Below, piece after piece: positions 55,877-64,000 of a stretch of DNA of 64,000 bases (within the stretch, counting starts at the first letter, position 1; each line of letters opens with the position of its first letter). Under the pieces are notes generated by a model that saw only the letters and a list, made by a program, of their open reading frames with translations, ran no database searches and had not been told where the DNA came from. Source of the stretch: an uncultured Planctomycetales bacterium (lineage in GTDB: Bacteria > Omnitrophota > Gorgyraeia > Zapsychrales > JANLHA01); contig CAYYRJ010000011.1 of NCBI GenBank assembly GCA_964474085.1, forward strand, positions 11,347 through 75,346, in the 5' to 3' direction. The position numbers and the translations under genes were made by a program.

Positions 55877-58852
55877 TTACTGCCCGTGACACTTCTTATA
55901 TTTTTTTCCGCTGCCGCATGGGCAGGGATCATTGCGGCCGACCTTTGGGCCCTCATGATGAATCGGTGCGGGCGGTTCTTCCTCAACGGGAGCATCGTTA
56001 CCCGCACTTTGGGCCGCGGCATTAGCTGCCGCCCGATTAAGGCCAGAAAATTCATTGTGGACCATCTGCTGAGGTAAAGAGCCAAAAACGCTCTTCGGCT
56101 CCTGACTTTCACGCGCCAGCGGCTGCACCTTAAACATGACCTCGGCGGCCTCTTCCCCGATTGAGCCATACATCGCCTGAAACATCGAGAAGCCTTCCTT
56201 TTTATACTCCATCAAAGGATCCCGCTGACCGTAAGAGCGCAGCCCCACCCCGTCGCGCAATTGATCCATCGCGTAGAGATGATCTTTCCATTTCATGTCG
56301 ATGGTGTTTAACAGAAACACCCGTTCCAAATGCCTAAGCGTTTCGGGCGTAATCGACTCTTCGCGCTGTTGATAGAGCTTGACTAAATCCTCATAAATCA
56401 AGTCCGTCGCCGGATCGATTTCCAGTGACTCAAGCGTCTGTTTATGCGGGGTGACATCATAATTAAACTTGGCTTTCAGATAAGCTGCCAGCGCTTCTAA
56501 ATCACGGCTCCCGTCTTCTTTGGTCGTCAGGTACAACCCCATAGCGTTGTAAACCGTGTCTTCGGTCGCGCGCAAAATCCGTTCTTTCAGATTTTCTCCG
56601 TCTAGAACATGCCGGCGCAGAGCATAAATCGCCTCGCGCTGTTTGTTCATGACATTGTCATATTCAATGAGTTGTTTACGGATTTCAAAATTAAACGTCT
56701 CAACGCGCTTTTGCGCAATTTCAATCGCGCCGCTGACCCACGGATGTTCGATAACTTGTCCTTCTTCCATCCCCAAACGGTCCATGATCGACATAATCTT
56801 GTCCGACGCAAACAACCGCATCAGATCATCTTCCAGCGAAACAAAAAAGCGCGAAGAACCCGGATCCCCTTGCCGGCCGCAACGGCCGCGCAACTGATTG
56901 TCAATGCGCCGCGACTCGTGGCGCTCGGTCCCAATCACGTGCAAACCGCCGGCTTCGACGACGAGCTCATGCTCTTTTTTGACCTGTTGACGAAACTGTT
57001 CCAAAAACTTTTTTGTCAAAGCTTCGTGGTCTTCTTTGCCTTCTTTATCTTCCTTGACCTTTTCTGCGGCCAAAGTCCTCGCCAAAAATTCCGCGTTCCC
57101 GCCTAACATAATGTCCGTCCCGCGTCCGGCCATATTCGTCGCAATCGTGACCGCTTTAAAACGCCCGGCTTGGGACACAATCTGCGCTTCGAGTTCATGG
57201 TACTTGGCGTTTAAAACCTGATGAACGATGCCCTTTTGTTTAAGAAGCTCGGAGAGAATCTCGGACTTCTCAATAGAAATCGTCCCCACCAAAACCGGCT
57301 GGCCGCGTTTGTTGCATTCGATAATTTCATCGACAACGGCATTGTATTTTTCACGGCGGGTTTTATAAATACAGTCGGCGTGGTTCTTGCGGCTTAAAGG
57401 ACGATTCGTCGGAAGAACGATTACATCGAGATTGTAAATTTGCTTAAATTCATTAGCTTCCGTGTTGGCTGTACCGGTCATCCCGGAGAGCTTTTCGTAC
57501 ATTCTAAAATAATTCTGAAACGTAACGGTCGCCAGCGTCTGGTTTTCGCGCTCGATTTTGATCCCTTCCTTGGCTTCCACCGCCTGATGCAATCCATCCG
57601 ACCAGCGGCGGCCGGGCATCATGCGTCCTGTAAATTCGTCGACAATAATGACCCCTCCATCGCGCACCACATAATCCACATCGAGCTTAAAAAATTCTTT
57701 GGCTTTTAAAGCCTGCAGCACATGGTGCCGGTATTCGATGGTATCCATGTCATGAATGTTGGCCACCCCAAACATCTGCGCAGACTTTTCCTCACCGGCA
57801 TCCGTCAGCGAAACCGACTTGGACTTTTCGTTGGCCAGATAATCAAATCCGACGGATAAGTCTTCATTTTTTTGTTTGGCAATGCTTTCTTCCATATCCG
57901 TTGTGCGCCGGCCTTTTAACTGCAAAGCAATTTTGTTGGCGCGGTAATATTTGTCTGTCGACTCCTCGGCAGGACCGGAAATAATCAAAGGGGTACGCGC
58001 CTCATCGACCAAAATACTGTCAACCTCGTCGACAATCGCGTAATTGTGCCCGCGCTGAACCATTTCTTCGCGCGAGCCGACCATGTTATCGCGCAGATAA
58101 TCAAACCCGAATTCATTGTTCGTTCCGTAGGTAATATCACAGCTGTAGGCTGCGCGACGGGCATTATTGTCCAAGTCATGCAAAATAACCCCGACGGAAA
58201 GCCCCAGCATTTCAAAAATAGGTCCCATCCAATCGCGGTCGCGGCGGGCCAGATAATCGTTGACGGTCACCACATGCACGCCCTGACCTGTCAGCGCGTT
58301 TAAATACGCCGGCAGAGTACAGACTAAAGTTTTTCCTTCCCCCGTAGACATTTCAGAAATATTTCCTTCGTGCAAAACCATGCCACCGACAAGCTGAATA
58401 TCATAATGGCGAAGTCCAGTTGTCCGTTTGGAAGCTTCGCGCACAACGGCAAAAGCTTCGGGAAGAATTTTGTTGAGAATATCCTGCTTGGCTTTTTTTA
58501 ATTCCTCTTTAAGCCGGTTAAAATTATTTTCCGCATCGGTCTGCTCTTCGGAGGTCAAAGCTTTAGCCAGAACTTCTTTGGCGTCGTGAAGCTCATTGCG
58601 CTTATCCGAAACAGCTTCCTGATAACGCTTGCGAAATTCCTGCGTTTTATTTCTTAATTCTTCGCTGGTCAATTTTTCCATCTGGCTTTCAAGGCCATTA
58701 ATCTTAGAGGCCACAGCGCCCATCCGCTTGACCATCCCCAAAGAAGGAAACGGCAAGTCCGGCGGAATATGGATCTTGACCTTAGGCTCCAACCGGTCCA
58801 AAAAATTTTGCGCCCCACCAACAAAAAACTTGCGAACAAAAAAACCAAACAT
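55877..58852 (-). CDS. secA: Preprotein translocase ATPase SecA
   Basis: 991 aa. DEAD-like motor motifs ([29 protein letters not shown]). C-terminal zinc finger [14 protein letters not shown]. Confidence 0.95.
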   Translation of the reverse strand: MFGFFVRKFFVGGAQNFLDRLEPKVKIHIPPDLPFPSLGMVKRMGAVASKINGLESQMEKLTSEELRNKTQEFRKRYQEAVSDKRNELHDAKEVLAKALTSEEQTDAENNFNRLKEELKKAKQDILNKILPEAFAVVREASKRTTGLRHYDIQLVGGMVLHEGNISEMSTGEGKTLVCTLPAYLNALTGQGVHVVTVNDYLARRDRDWMGPIFEMLGLSVGVILHDLDNNARRAAYSCDITYGTNNEFGFDYLRDNMVGSREEMVQRGHNYAIVDEVDSILVDEARTPLIISGPAEESTDKYYRANKIALQLKGRRTTDMEESIAKQKNEDLSVGFDYLANEKSKSVSLTDAGEEKSAQMFGVANIHDMDTIEYRHHVLQALKAKEFFKLDVDYVVRDGGVIIVDEFTGRMMPGRRWSDGLHQAVEAKEGIKIERENQTLATVTFQNYFRMYEKLSGMTGTANTEANEFKQIYNLDVIVLPTNRPLSRKNHADCIYKTRREKYNAVVDEIIECNKRGQPVLVGTISIEKSEILSELLKQKGIVHQVLNAKYHELEAQIVSQAGRFKAVTIATNMAGRGTDIMLGGNAEFLARTLAAEKVKEDKEGKEDHEALTKKFLEQFRQQVKKEHELVVEAGGLHVIGTERHESRRIDNQLRGRCGRQGDPGSSRFFVSLEDDLMRLFASDKIMSIMDRLGMEEGQVIEHPWVSGAIEIAQKRVETFNFEIRKQLIEYDNVMNKQREAIYALRRHVLDGENLKERILRATEDTVYNAMGLYLTTKEDGSRDLEALAAYLKAKFNYDVTPHKQTLESLEIDPATDLIYEDLVKLYQQREESITPETLRHLERVFLLNTIDMKWKDHLYAMDQLRDGVGLRSYGQRDPLMEYKKEGFSMFQAMYGSIGEEAAEVMFKVQPLARESQEPKSVFGSLPQQMVHNEFSGLNRAAANAAAQSAGNDAPVEEEPPAPIHHEGPKVGRNDPCPCGSGKKYKKCHGQ

Positions 58853-59061
58853 AACTTTCTCCCTTTAAAGTTGATCCTTTACTAAAGAGTTCTTTGACAA
58901 ATGCAACGACTCCCAAATATCTACAGGGATCGGCACTTGACCTTTTTCTCTCATCGTCTAACCACGTTTGTTTCTTTTCTCACTATTTGAGTATTTTCCT
59001 GACCTTCAGGAAGAACATCTGCCCAAACGACAGCCGAACCTACAAAATAACAGTTTGCTAA

Positions 59062-60753
59062 TTAAATCTCATAAAGGTACCCAGCGACACCCTTAGCCTC
59101 ATACTTCAGAATAACCCGTCCCCGATATCTAAAAATTGACTCTAACCTCATCTGGGCTTCCTCAAACATGCCCTCATCATCCAAAGAAATCAACAACCAA
59201 TTGCGCCCGGGTTTTAAAAACAGCCCCTCGTTAACCGAGTTTACCATACGAATCGTCTGTTGCGCCGGATGTAATGTTTTTTGCAACATTCCTCGCTGAT
59301 CAAACTTCAAATATTCGTAAACAAAGGGCGATACCGCATGATTCCTAAAACTAATCGGTGAGTCGATAAAAACTCCTAGCGGGAAAAGCTCCTGCTGTCT
59401 ATCACGCGACATGTAACATTTTATTGTCTTAAGCTTTTTCCCATAGCCCAAACTTAGAGCATAATAATAATAAGGATATCTAGCTCCTTGATTTAAATAA
59501 ACAAAATCTCCCTGCTTATAATTATCAGAAAAAAAAGTTAAAAGCTTTCTATTTTCCGTCTTAGTACGTTTTTCAAACAAGAAACGGCCTGAATCCAAGA
59601 AAGGCTTCCCAAAAACAAAAATCAACATAATAACCAAAACTAATCGGCTATTTTTAAAATACTGTTTTACAACAAAATCAATACCCAGAGCGATAACAAA
59701 AAAGTAAACGGGTGTTAAAAATAATATCACCCGGCCATGAAAAGGATAATAACCACTTGCTCCCGCTAGCAGAGCCAACCCCATAACCAAAGTAAGAATA
59801 GAAAACTGCAAACGGTTCTGCTTAAAAAGCTCCCATAATCCCCAAAAAAACAATAACGCCATCAAAAACGGAAACGAAAGCCCTGCCGGATCCTCAAAGC
59901 TATATAAAAAAACTTTCCCAAGCCATTTGACCTGCTCCAAAGAAAAAGCTCGCCCATTCCAAAGTCCAGCCGCAAAGTATCCTTTCATCTCAGCATTATT
60001 GATCATTTCATTTACAACAAACAGATAAATTAAAATACCGCTGAATAAAACAGGAATCATCGCTATTGCCAAGCCCAAAATATCCTTAAGACTTCTTTTG
60101 GAAATAAATTTGATACTTAAAGTTATAAAAATAGCAGCGATAATAAAAAATGACGCATACGACAACCATACAAAAACAGCACCCAATAATCCAAAAATCA
60201 CGACACGACGAAAACTATAAAAGGTGGTCAAATAATGATACGCAAAAGCCCATAAACAAATTATAGAAAAAATGGACGTGGAATATCTTTTTGCTTCTGC
60301 TGCATAAAAAACAAGCGGTTCAGATACTGCAAAAAGCCATATTGCAATAAGCATGGGCCTGGGAGAAAGAAACTTCTTGGCCAGATAGTAAAACCCCAGA
60401 GTGGATGCGACGCTAAACAACAAAGGCGGAAGCCGAAGAGCCCATTCGTTGTTGCCAAAACAAAGTACAGACAGTTTCTCAACAAAAATAAACAGTGTTG
60501 GCGGACGCGAAGAAACTGAAAAAATATATTGATGTGTTAAAATTTCCCAAAAAGAGCGGTTAACAATTTCGATAGCCGACCAACATTCATCTACCCACAG
60601 CGGCCGGCACTCCAAATAACTTTTAAGCCTCAAAAGAATACCAACGACAACAGCGGTTTTCGCAAAATCAATAGCCGACTTGACCTTTAAAAAACGACAA
60701 ATGCTCCCAATAAAAAGCACTAGATGCGCCTTAATTTCCGCCCTTAAACTCAA
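59062..60753 (-). CDS. Polytopic membrane glycosyltransferase, GT39/ArnT-like (dolichyl-phosphate-mannose/undecaprenyl-phosphate sugar transferase family; tentative)
   Basis: 563 aa, at least 11 hydrophobic segments. An N-terminal DE-containing loop (WVDECW) resembles the GT-C catalytic DE/DD motif. Confidence 0.4.
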   Translation of the reverse strand: MSLRAEIKAHLVLFIGSICRFLKVKSAIDFAKTAVVVGILLRLKSYLECRPLWVDECWSAIEIVNRSFWEILTHQYIFSVSSRPPTLFIFVEKLSVLCFGNNEWALRLPPLLFSVASTLGFYYLAKKFLSPRPMLIAIWLFAVSEPLVFYAAEAKRYSTSIFSIICLWAFAYHYLTTFYSFRRVVIFGLLGAVFVWLSYASFFIIAAIFITLSIKFISKRSLKDILGLAIAMIPVLFSGILIYLFVVNEMINNAEMKGYFAAGLWNGRAFSLEQVKWLGKVFLYSFEDPAGLSFPFLMALLFFWGLWELFKQNRLQFSILTLVMGLALLAGASGYYPFHGRVILFLTPVYFFVIALGIDFVVKQYFKNSRLVLVIMLIFVFGKPFLDSGRFLFEKRTKTENRKLLTFFSDNYKQGDFVYLNQGARYPYYYYALSLGYGKKLKTIKCYMSRDRQQELFPLGVFIDSPISFRNHAVSPFVYEYLKFDQRGMLQKTLHPAQQTIRMVNSVNEGLFLKPGRNWLLISLDDEGMFEEAQMRLESIFRYRGRVILKYEAKGVAGYLYEI

Positions 60754-60771
60754 AATACAACCTCCAGCCTA

Positions 60772-61861
60772 TTAAGGCTTCAATCTCAAAAACGCTTCAA
60801 TAAAAATTTCGATGTCCCCATCCATCACCTTCTGGACATTGCTCGTCTCAACGTCGGTGCGGTGGTCTTTGACCAGCAAATACGGCTGCATCACATACGA
60901 ACGGATCTGGCTGCCCCACTCGATCTTCTGCTTGGTGCCCTGCTCTTTGGCCATGATCGCATCCTGGGCTTTTTTGCGGTGCTCATAAAGTCGAGCGCGC
61001 AAAATTTTCATCGCGACCTGCCGGTTTTGCAACTGCGATCGCTCGGTCTGGCAGGTGACTACAATGCCGGTTTCCAAATGCGTAAAGCGCACGGCCGAAT
61101 CTGTCGTATTAACACTCTGCCCGCCGGGACCGGACGAACGAAAAACGTCAATTCGCAAATCTTCCGGCTTGATGTCAACTTGAATATCGTCTTCAATTTC
61201 TGGGATCACATCGACGGAAGCAAAAGACGTATGCCGGCGCTTGTTGGCGTCAAACGGCGAAATCCTTACCAGCCGATGCACCCCTTTTTCTCCTTTAAGC
61301 AGTCCGTACGCCATCTCGCCTTCGATGCGCATCGTAACATTTTTGATCCCCGCTTCTTCACCAGACAAAACATCGATCATCTGGAGCTTAAAACCTTTGG
61401 ACTCAGCCCAGCGAGTATACATCCGCAAAAGCATGCTCGCCCAGTCGCAGGACTCGGTGCCGCCGGCACCGGCATTGATCGAAAAAATCACATTGTTGCG
61501 GTCAAACTGTCCCGACAAAAATGCGGTGATCTCAACAGCGCGGACTTCCTTTTCTAAAAGAGCAATTTCAGTCTCGATTTGGGCGAGCATCGGTTCATCG
61601 CCTGAGGACAATTCGGCTAATTCTTTAAGGTCCGAAAGCTTTTTAACGCTTTTTTCGTAAGGCTCGACACACGATTTACAATACCGCAGATCGGCCATGA
61701 CTTTATTGGCGGCAGGCTGATCATTCCAAAAATCCGGCGCGTTCATTTTTTCGCCGATGATTTTAATATTTTCTATTTTGGCAGGCAAGTCAAAGAAACC
61801 CCCTGATCTCTTCGAGTTTCCCGTGAAGTTCTGTGATTTTTCGCGCAATGTCCGGCGTCAT
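60772..61861 (-). CDS. prfB: Peptide chain release factor 2 with a programmed +1 ribosomal frameshift. Frame 0 runs from ATG 61861 and ends at the CTT TGA C site (TGA = plus 61794-61792).
   Basis: Upstream frame MTPDIARKITELHGKLEEIRGFL* ends at the canonical CUU UGA C shift site. The +1 frame continues DLPAKIENIK.... SPF motif (RISPFD) and GGQ (SGPGGQ). Confidence 0.85.
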
Positions 61862-61862
61862 A

Positions 61863-62942
61863 TTATTTTTGATACCTCTTTACACCTTTTAATTCCAAAT
61901 TAAATTCGTCCTTGCTCTCGGCAAAAATGCGCGCTGTTTCTTCGTCGACAATTTCGCTTTTGACCAAATTGACCAGCGATTTTTTAAACGACTGCATTCC
62001 AAACAGTTCGCCTTCGTCGATAAAATTCTGGATTTCCTTAACCTTGCCTTCACGAATAAGCCGGCTTATGGTAGGCGTCACGACCATCGTTTCATAAGCG
62101 GGAATCCGTCCGGGCTTGTCGACCCGCGGCAGAAGACGCAAGGAAATAACCCCTTTGAGAATAATCGACACTTGCTGGCGAATTTCTTCGTGCAAATGCG
62201 GCGGGAAAAAATTGACGATACGGGTAATCGCCTGCACCGCATTGACCGTGTGAAACGTTGTCACAACGAAAGCACCCAGTTCAGTGGCGGTAATAGCGGC
62301 GCGCATTGTTTCTTCGTCGCGGATGGTCCCAATATAAATAATGTCCGCGCTCTGCTGGGTCACATGACGCAATGCAGCGACATAAGAATACACATCAACG
62401 CCCAGTTCACGCTGGTTGATCGTGCTTTTTTTGTCTTCAAACAAAAACTCAATCGGGTCTTCGATGGTGACAATGTGTTTTTCAAACTTTTGATTAATTG
62501 TTTCGATCAATGAAGCAATCGCAGTGGACTTGCCTGACCCCGCAGGCCCGGAGAGAATAAGAAGTCCGCTGGGAGCTTCGGCAAATTTGTACAAAAGTTC
62601 TGTTGGTAAATTTAATTCTTCAAAACTGCGCACCTTCGTGTGCACGTGCCGGGCTACAACCGACGGATAACCCCGCTCACGCGAAATATTAATTCTAAAA
62701 CGCCCGACATCCGCCTCTTCATAAATAAAATCAATGTCAAAATTTGCGGCATACTTCTTTTTGTTCTCGTCATTTCCTAAAAGATGCTCGGTGATTTTGA
62801 TCATCATTTCCTTGGTAATATGGTCAGAGCTGATAATTTGAACCGCGCCGTTGATCCGCGCACGAGGGACCGTCTCGGTGCTTAAAAACATGTCCGACGC
62901 TTCTTTGGCAACCATGATCTTAAACAATTCACGTAGATTCAT
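61863..62942 (-). CDS. pilT: Type IV pilus retraction (twitching motility) ATPase PilT
   Basis: Walker A GPAGSGKST, Asp box, Walker B and His box typical of PilT/PilU. 359 aa. Confidence 0.8.
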   Translation of the reverse strand: MNLRELFKIMVAKEASDMFLSTETVPRARINGAVQIISSDHITKEMMIKITEHLLGNDENKKKYAANFDIDFIYEEADVGRFRINISRERGYPSVVARHVHTKVRSFEELNLPTELLYKFAEAPSGLLILSGPAGSGKSTAIASLIETINQKFEKHIVTIEDPIEFLFEDKKSTINQRELGVDVYSYVAALRHVTQQSADIIYIGTIRDEETMRAAITATELGAFVVTTFHTVNAVQAITRIVNFFPPHLHEEIRQQVSIILKGVISLRLLPRVDKPGRIPAYETMVVTPTISRLIREGKVKEIQNFIDEGELFGMQSFKKSLVNLVKSEIVDEETARIFAESKDEFNLELKGVKRYQK

Positions 62943-62971
62943 AGGATTTCCTTATGTTAAAGGTTGGTCAT

Positions 62972-63712
62972 TTAATAGATCTTAAATGGTATCCGGCCAT
63001 CGTCAAAATTTATTGGTTGTCCCTGCAAACGGCTGATGCTCGCTTTAAGCAAACGCGCCGCATCCGCATAGCCCTGCTCGAGGCTTTGGGCGTTAATGAC
63101 ATCGGCAAGCCCAACGCTTTGAAGTATTTCATTAAAAATCCGCGACGACTCAATGATTTTGACTGTTTCCGCCGGAGAAACACTCAAAGCGCGACGAAAA
63201 ATTTCTGCACTTTTTGCAAACTCGCCTTGACGATAATAGATAAGCCCCAAATCATACCACGCCCAAAAAAATCGCGGCTCTAAAGCGATCGCTTTTTGCT
63301 GATTGACTATCGCTGTTTGTGTTTCTCCCAAAAAATAATAACAGACTCCCAGCATATGCTGCGCTTGCGCCATTTGAGGAAAATAACTGACAATCGTTTG
63401 ATAATACTGCACGCTGTCATTGAGAAAACTTTTATCGGGCAAAGCATTTTGTGCAAAAAAGTTCTTCCATTGGCTTAAATCCGGGCGGTAATGATTGATC
63501 GTGATGAGCATCGCCTTGTTTTTGACTTTTTGCTGCTCCACTTGCAGGCTCTGCCATAAAACGTTTTTTGTCAGAAGACTTTTAGCCTTGAGAAAATCCG
63601 CCTTGATAAAAACAACGATGATAAAAATAACACCAACCGTGATCAAAGCCTTAAATAAAATTTTTGTCGACGAAATTGTCATATTAATAAATTCCCAAAG
63701 CAAAGATTTCAA
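62972..63712 (-). CDS. TPR-repeat protein with an N-terminal membrane anchor
   Basis: N-terminal TM (ITVGVIFIIVVFI). Several TPR-like 34-residue repeats (AQHMLGVCYYFLGETQTAIVNQQKAIALEPRFFWAWYDLGLIYYRQGEFAKSAEIF). Confidence 0.55.
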   Translation of the reverse strand: MKSLLWEFINMTISSTKILFKALITVGVIFIIVVFIKADFLKAKSLLTKNVLWQSLQVEQQKVKNKAMLITINHYRPDLSQWKNFFAQNALPDKSFLNDSVQYYQTIVSYFPQMAQAQHMLGVCYYFLGETQTAIVNQQKAIALEPRFFWAWYDLGLIYYRQGEFAKSAEIFRRALSVSPAETVKIIESSRIFNEILQSVGLADVINAQSLEQGYADAARLLKASISRLQGQPINFDDGRIPFKIY

Positions 63713-64000
63713 TCATCACTTTCAAGGATCTTAGCACTAAAAGCCCGCCGGCGAGAAGGCTAAAATTGATAATCATCCACGGCTCTCGTGCTAATTTTTT
63801 GAATACTTCAAACAAAAAAACAGTCGTTGAAACAATCCCAAGCGGCGCCAAAAAAATAAAATACCGACTGGAAATGACAAAACCTTTCCAGTTCAGTTGG
63901 GCGGTCATCGCAAAGCATACCATAATCCCCAGGACCGCGCCAAAAAATAGCACAACAAGAATTGTGTACGGCAAAAGCACCTCGGGCAACTCTTTTTTAT
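63684..64000 (-). CDS. Hydrophobic membrane protein, probably 5'-truncated by the right window edge
   Basis: The ORF reaches the window end. Three predicted TM helices. Confidence 0.3.
   Translation of the reverse strand, partial: KKELPEVLLPYTILVVLFFGAVLGIMVCFAMTAQLNWKGFVISSRYFIFLAPLGIVSTTVFLFEVFKKLAREPWMIINFSLLAGGLLVLRSLKVMIEIFALGIY

Noticed and set aside
55852-56169. 105-aa and 134-aa ORFs between lnt and secA overlapping the secA 3' end
   Set aside because: They are Arg-rich translations overlapping the SecA C-terminal zinc-finger coding region, so I treat them as spurious.

Overview
The window is about 64 kb from a Gram-negative (diderm) bacterium, inferred from Lnt, an LpxL-like acyltransferase and a signal-peptide beta-barrel protein ending in Phe. 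GC content is moderately low, and almost all genes lie on the minus strand. Three blocks are visible.

(1) 1-9.5 kb, mostly housekeeping and envelope genes: a divergent rtcB / rtcR (CARF, sigma-54 activator) pair, a run of lipoproteins, an alpha/beta hydrolase and a MarR-family regulator.

(2) About 9.8-44.6 kb, a hot spot of horizontally acquired DNA ending at an intact tRNA-Met(CAT) gene.
- An 11.7 kb integrative defense island (32871-44602) is bounded by a 47-nt direct repeat of the tRNA 3' half. It carries a tyrosine integrase, a DUF262-HNH type IV restriction-like enzyme, an Abi-like protein, a PIN-GNAT fusion, an ASCH protein, a P-loop kinase-like protein, a small serine recombinase, and an XRE-Panacea antitoxin with a small toxin.
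- Immediately left of it is a PICI/P4-like satellite-type element (about 21.1-32.8 kb). It carries a tyrosine integrase, divergent XRE regulator, AlpA-like excisionase, Prim-Pol/helicase replicase, an atypical Ser/Thr kinase and a complete Type I R-M operon hsdR-hsdM-hsdS.
- Left of that (9.9-21 kb) is a 12-gene co-directional cluster. It comprises an NrtR-like Nudix regulator, an NAD-kinase-like protein, PncB, PncA, PnuC, a NadR-like NMNAT/RNK, a SLOG-fold protein, an SPFH protein, an unknown MTase fusion and HicAB.
- A perfect 19-bp direct repeat (9874-9892 and 32749-32767) brackets everything from the NAD cluster through the R-M operon. It is homologous to the 3' end of the internal integrase gene, and a degenerate integrase 3' remnant sits at 9786-9895.
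- A conserved promoter cassette (TTGACAcccc...TATAAT) recurs upstream of nrtR, int and hsdR.

(3) 44.7-64 kb, core genes: ftsB-like, eno, ftsH-like, purN, an lpxL-like gene, two CheY-like receiver proteins, lnt, secA, an ArnT/GT39-like membrane protein, prfB with its programmed +1 frameshift, pilT and a TPR protein.

No CRISPR arrays, rRNA genes or transposases were seen.
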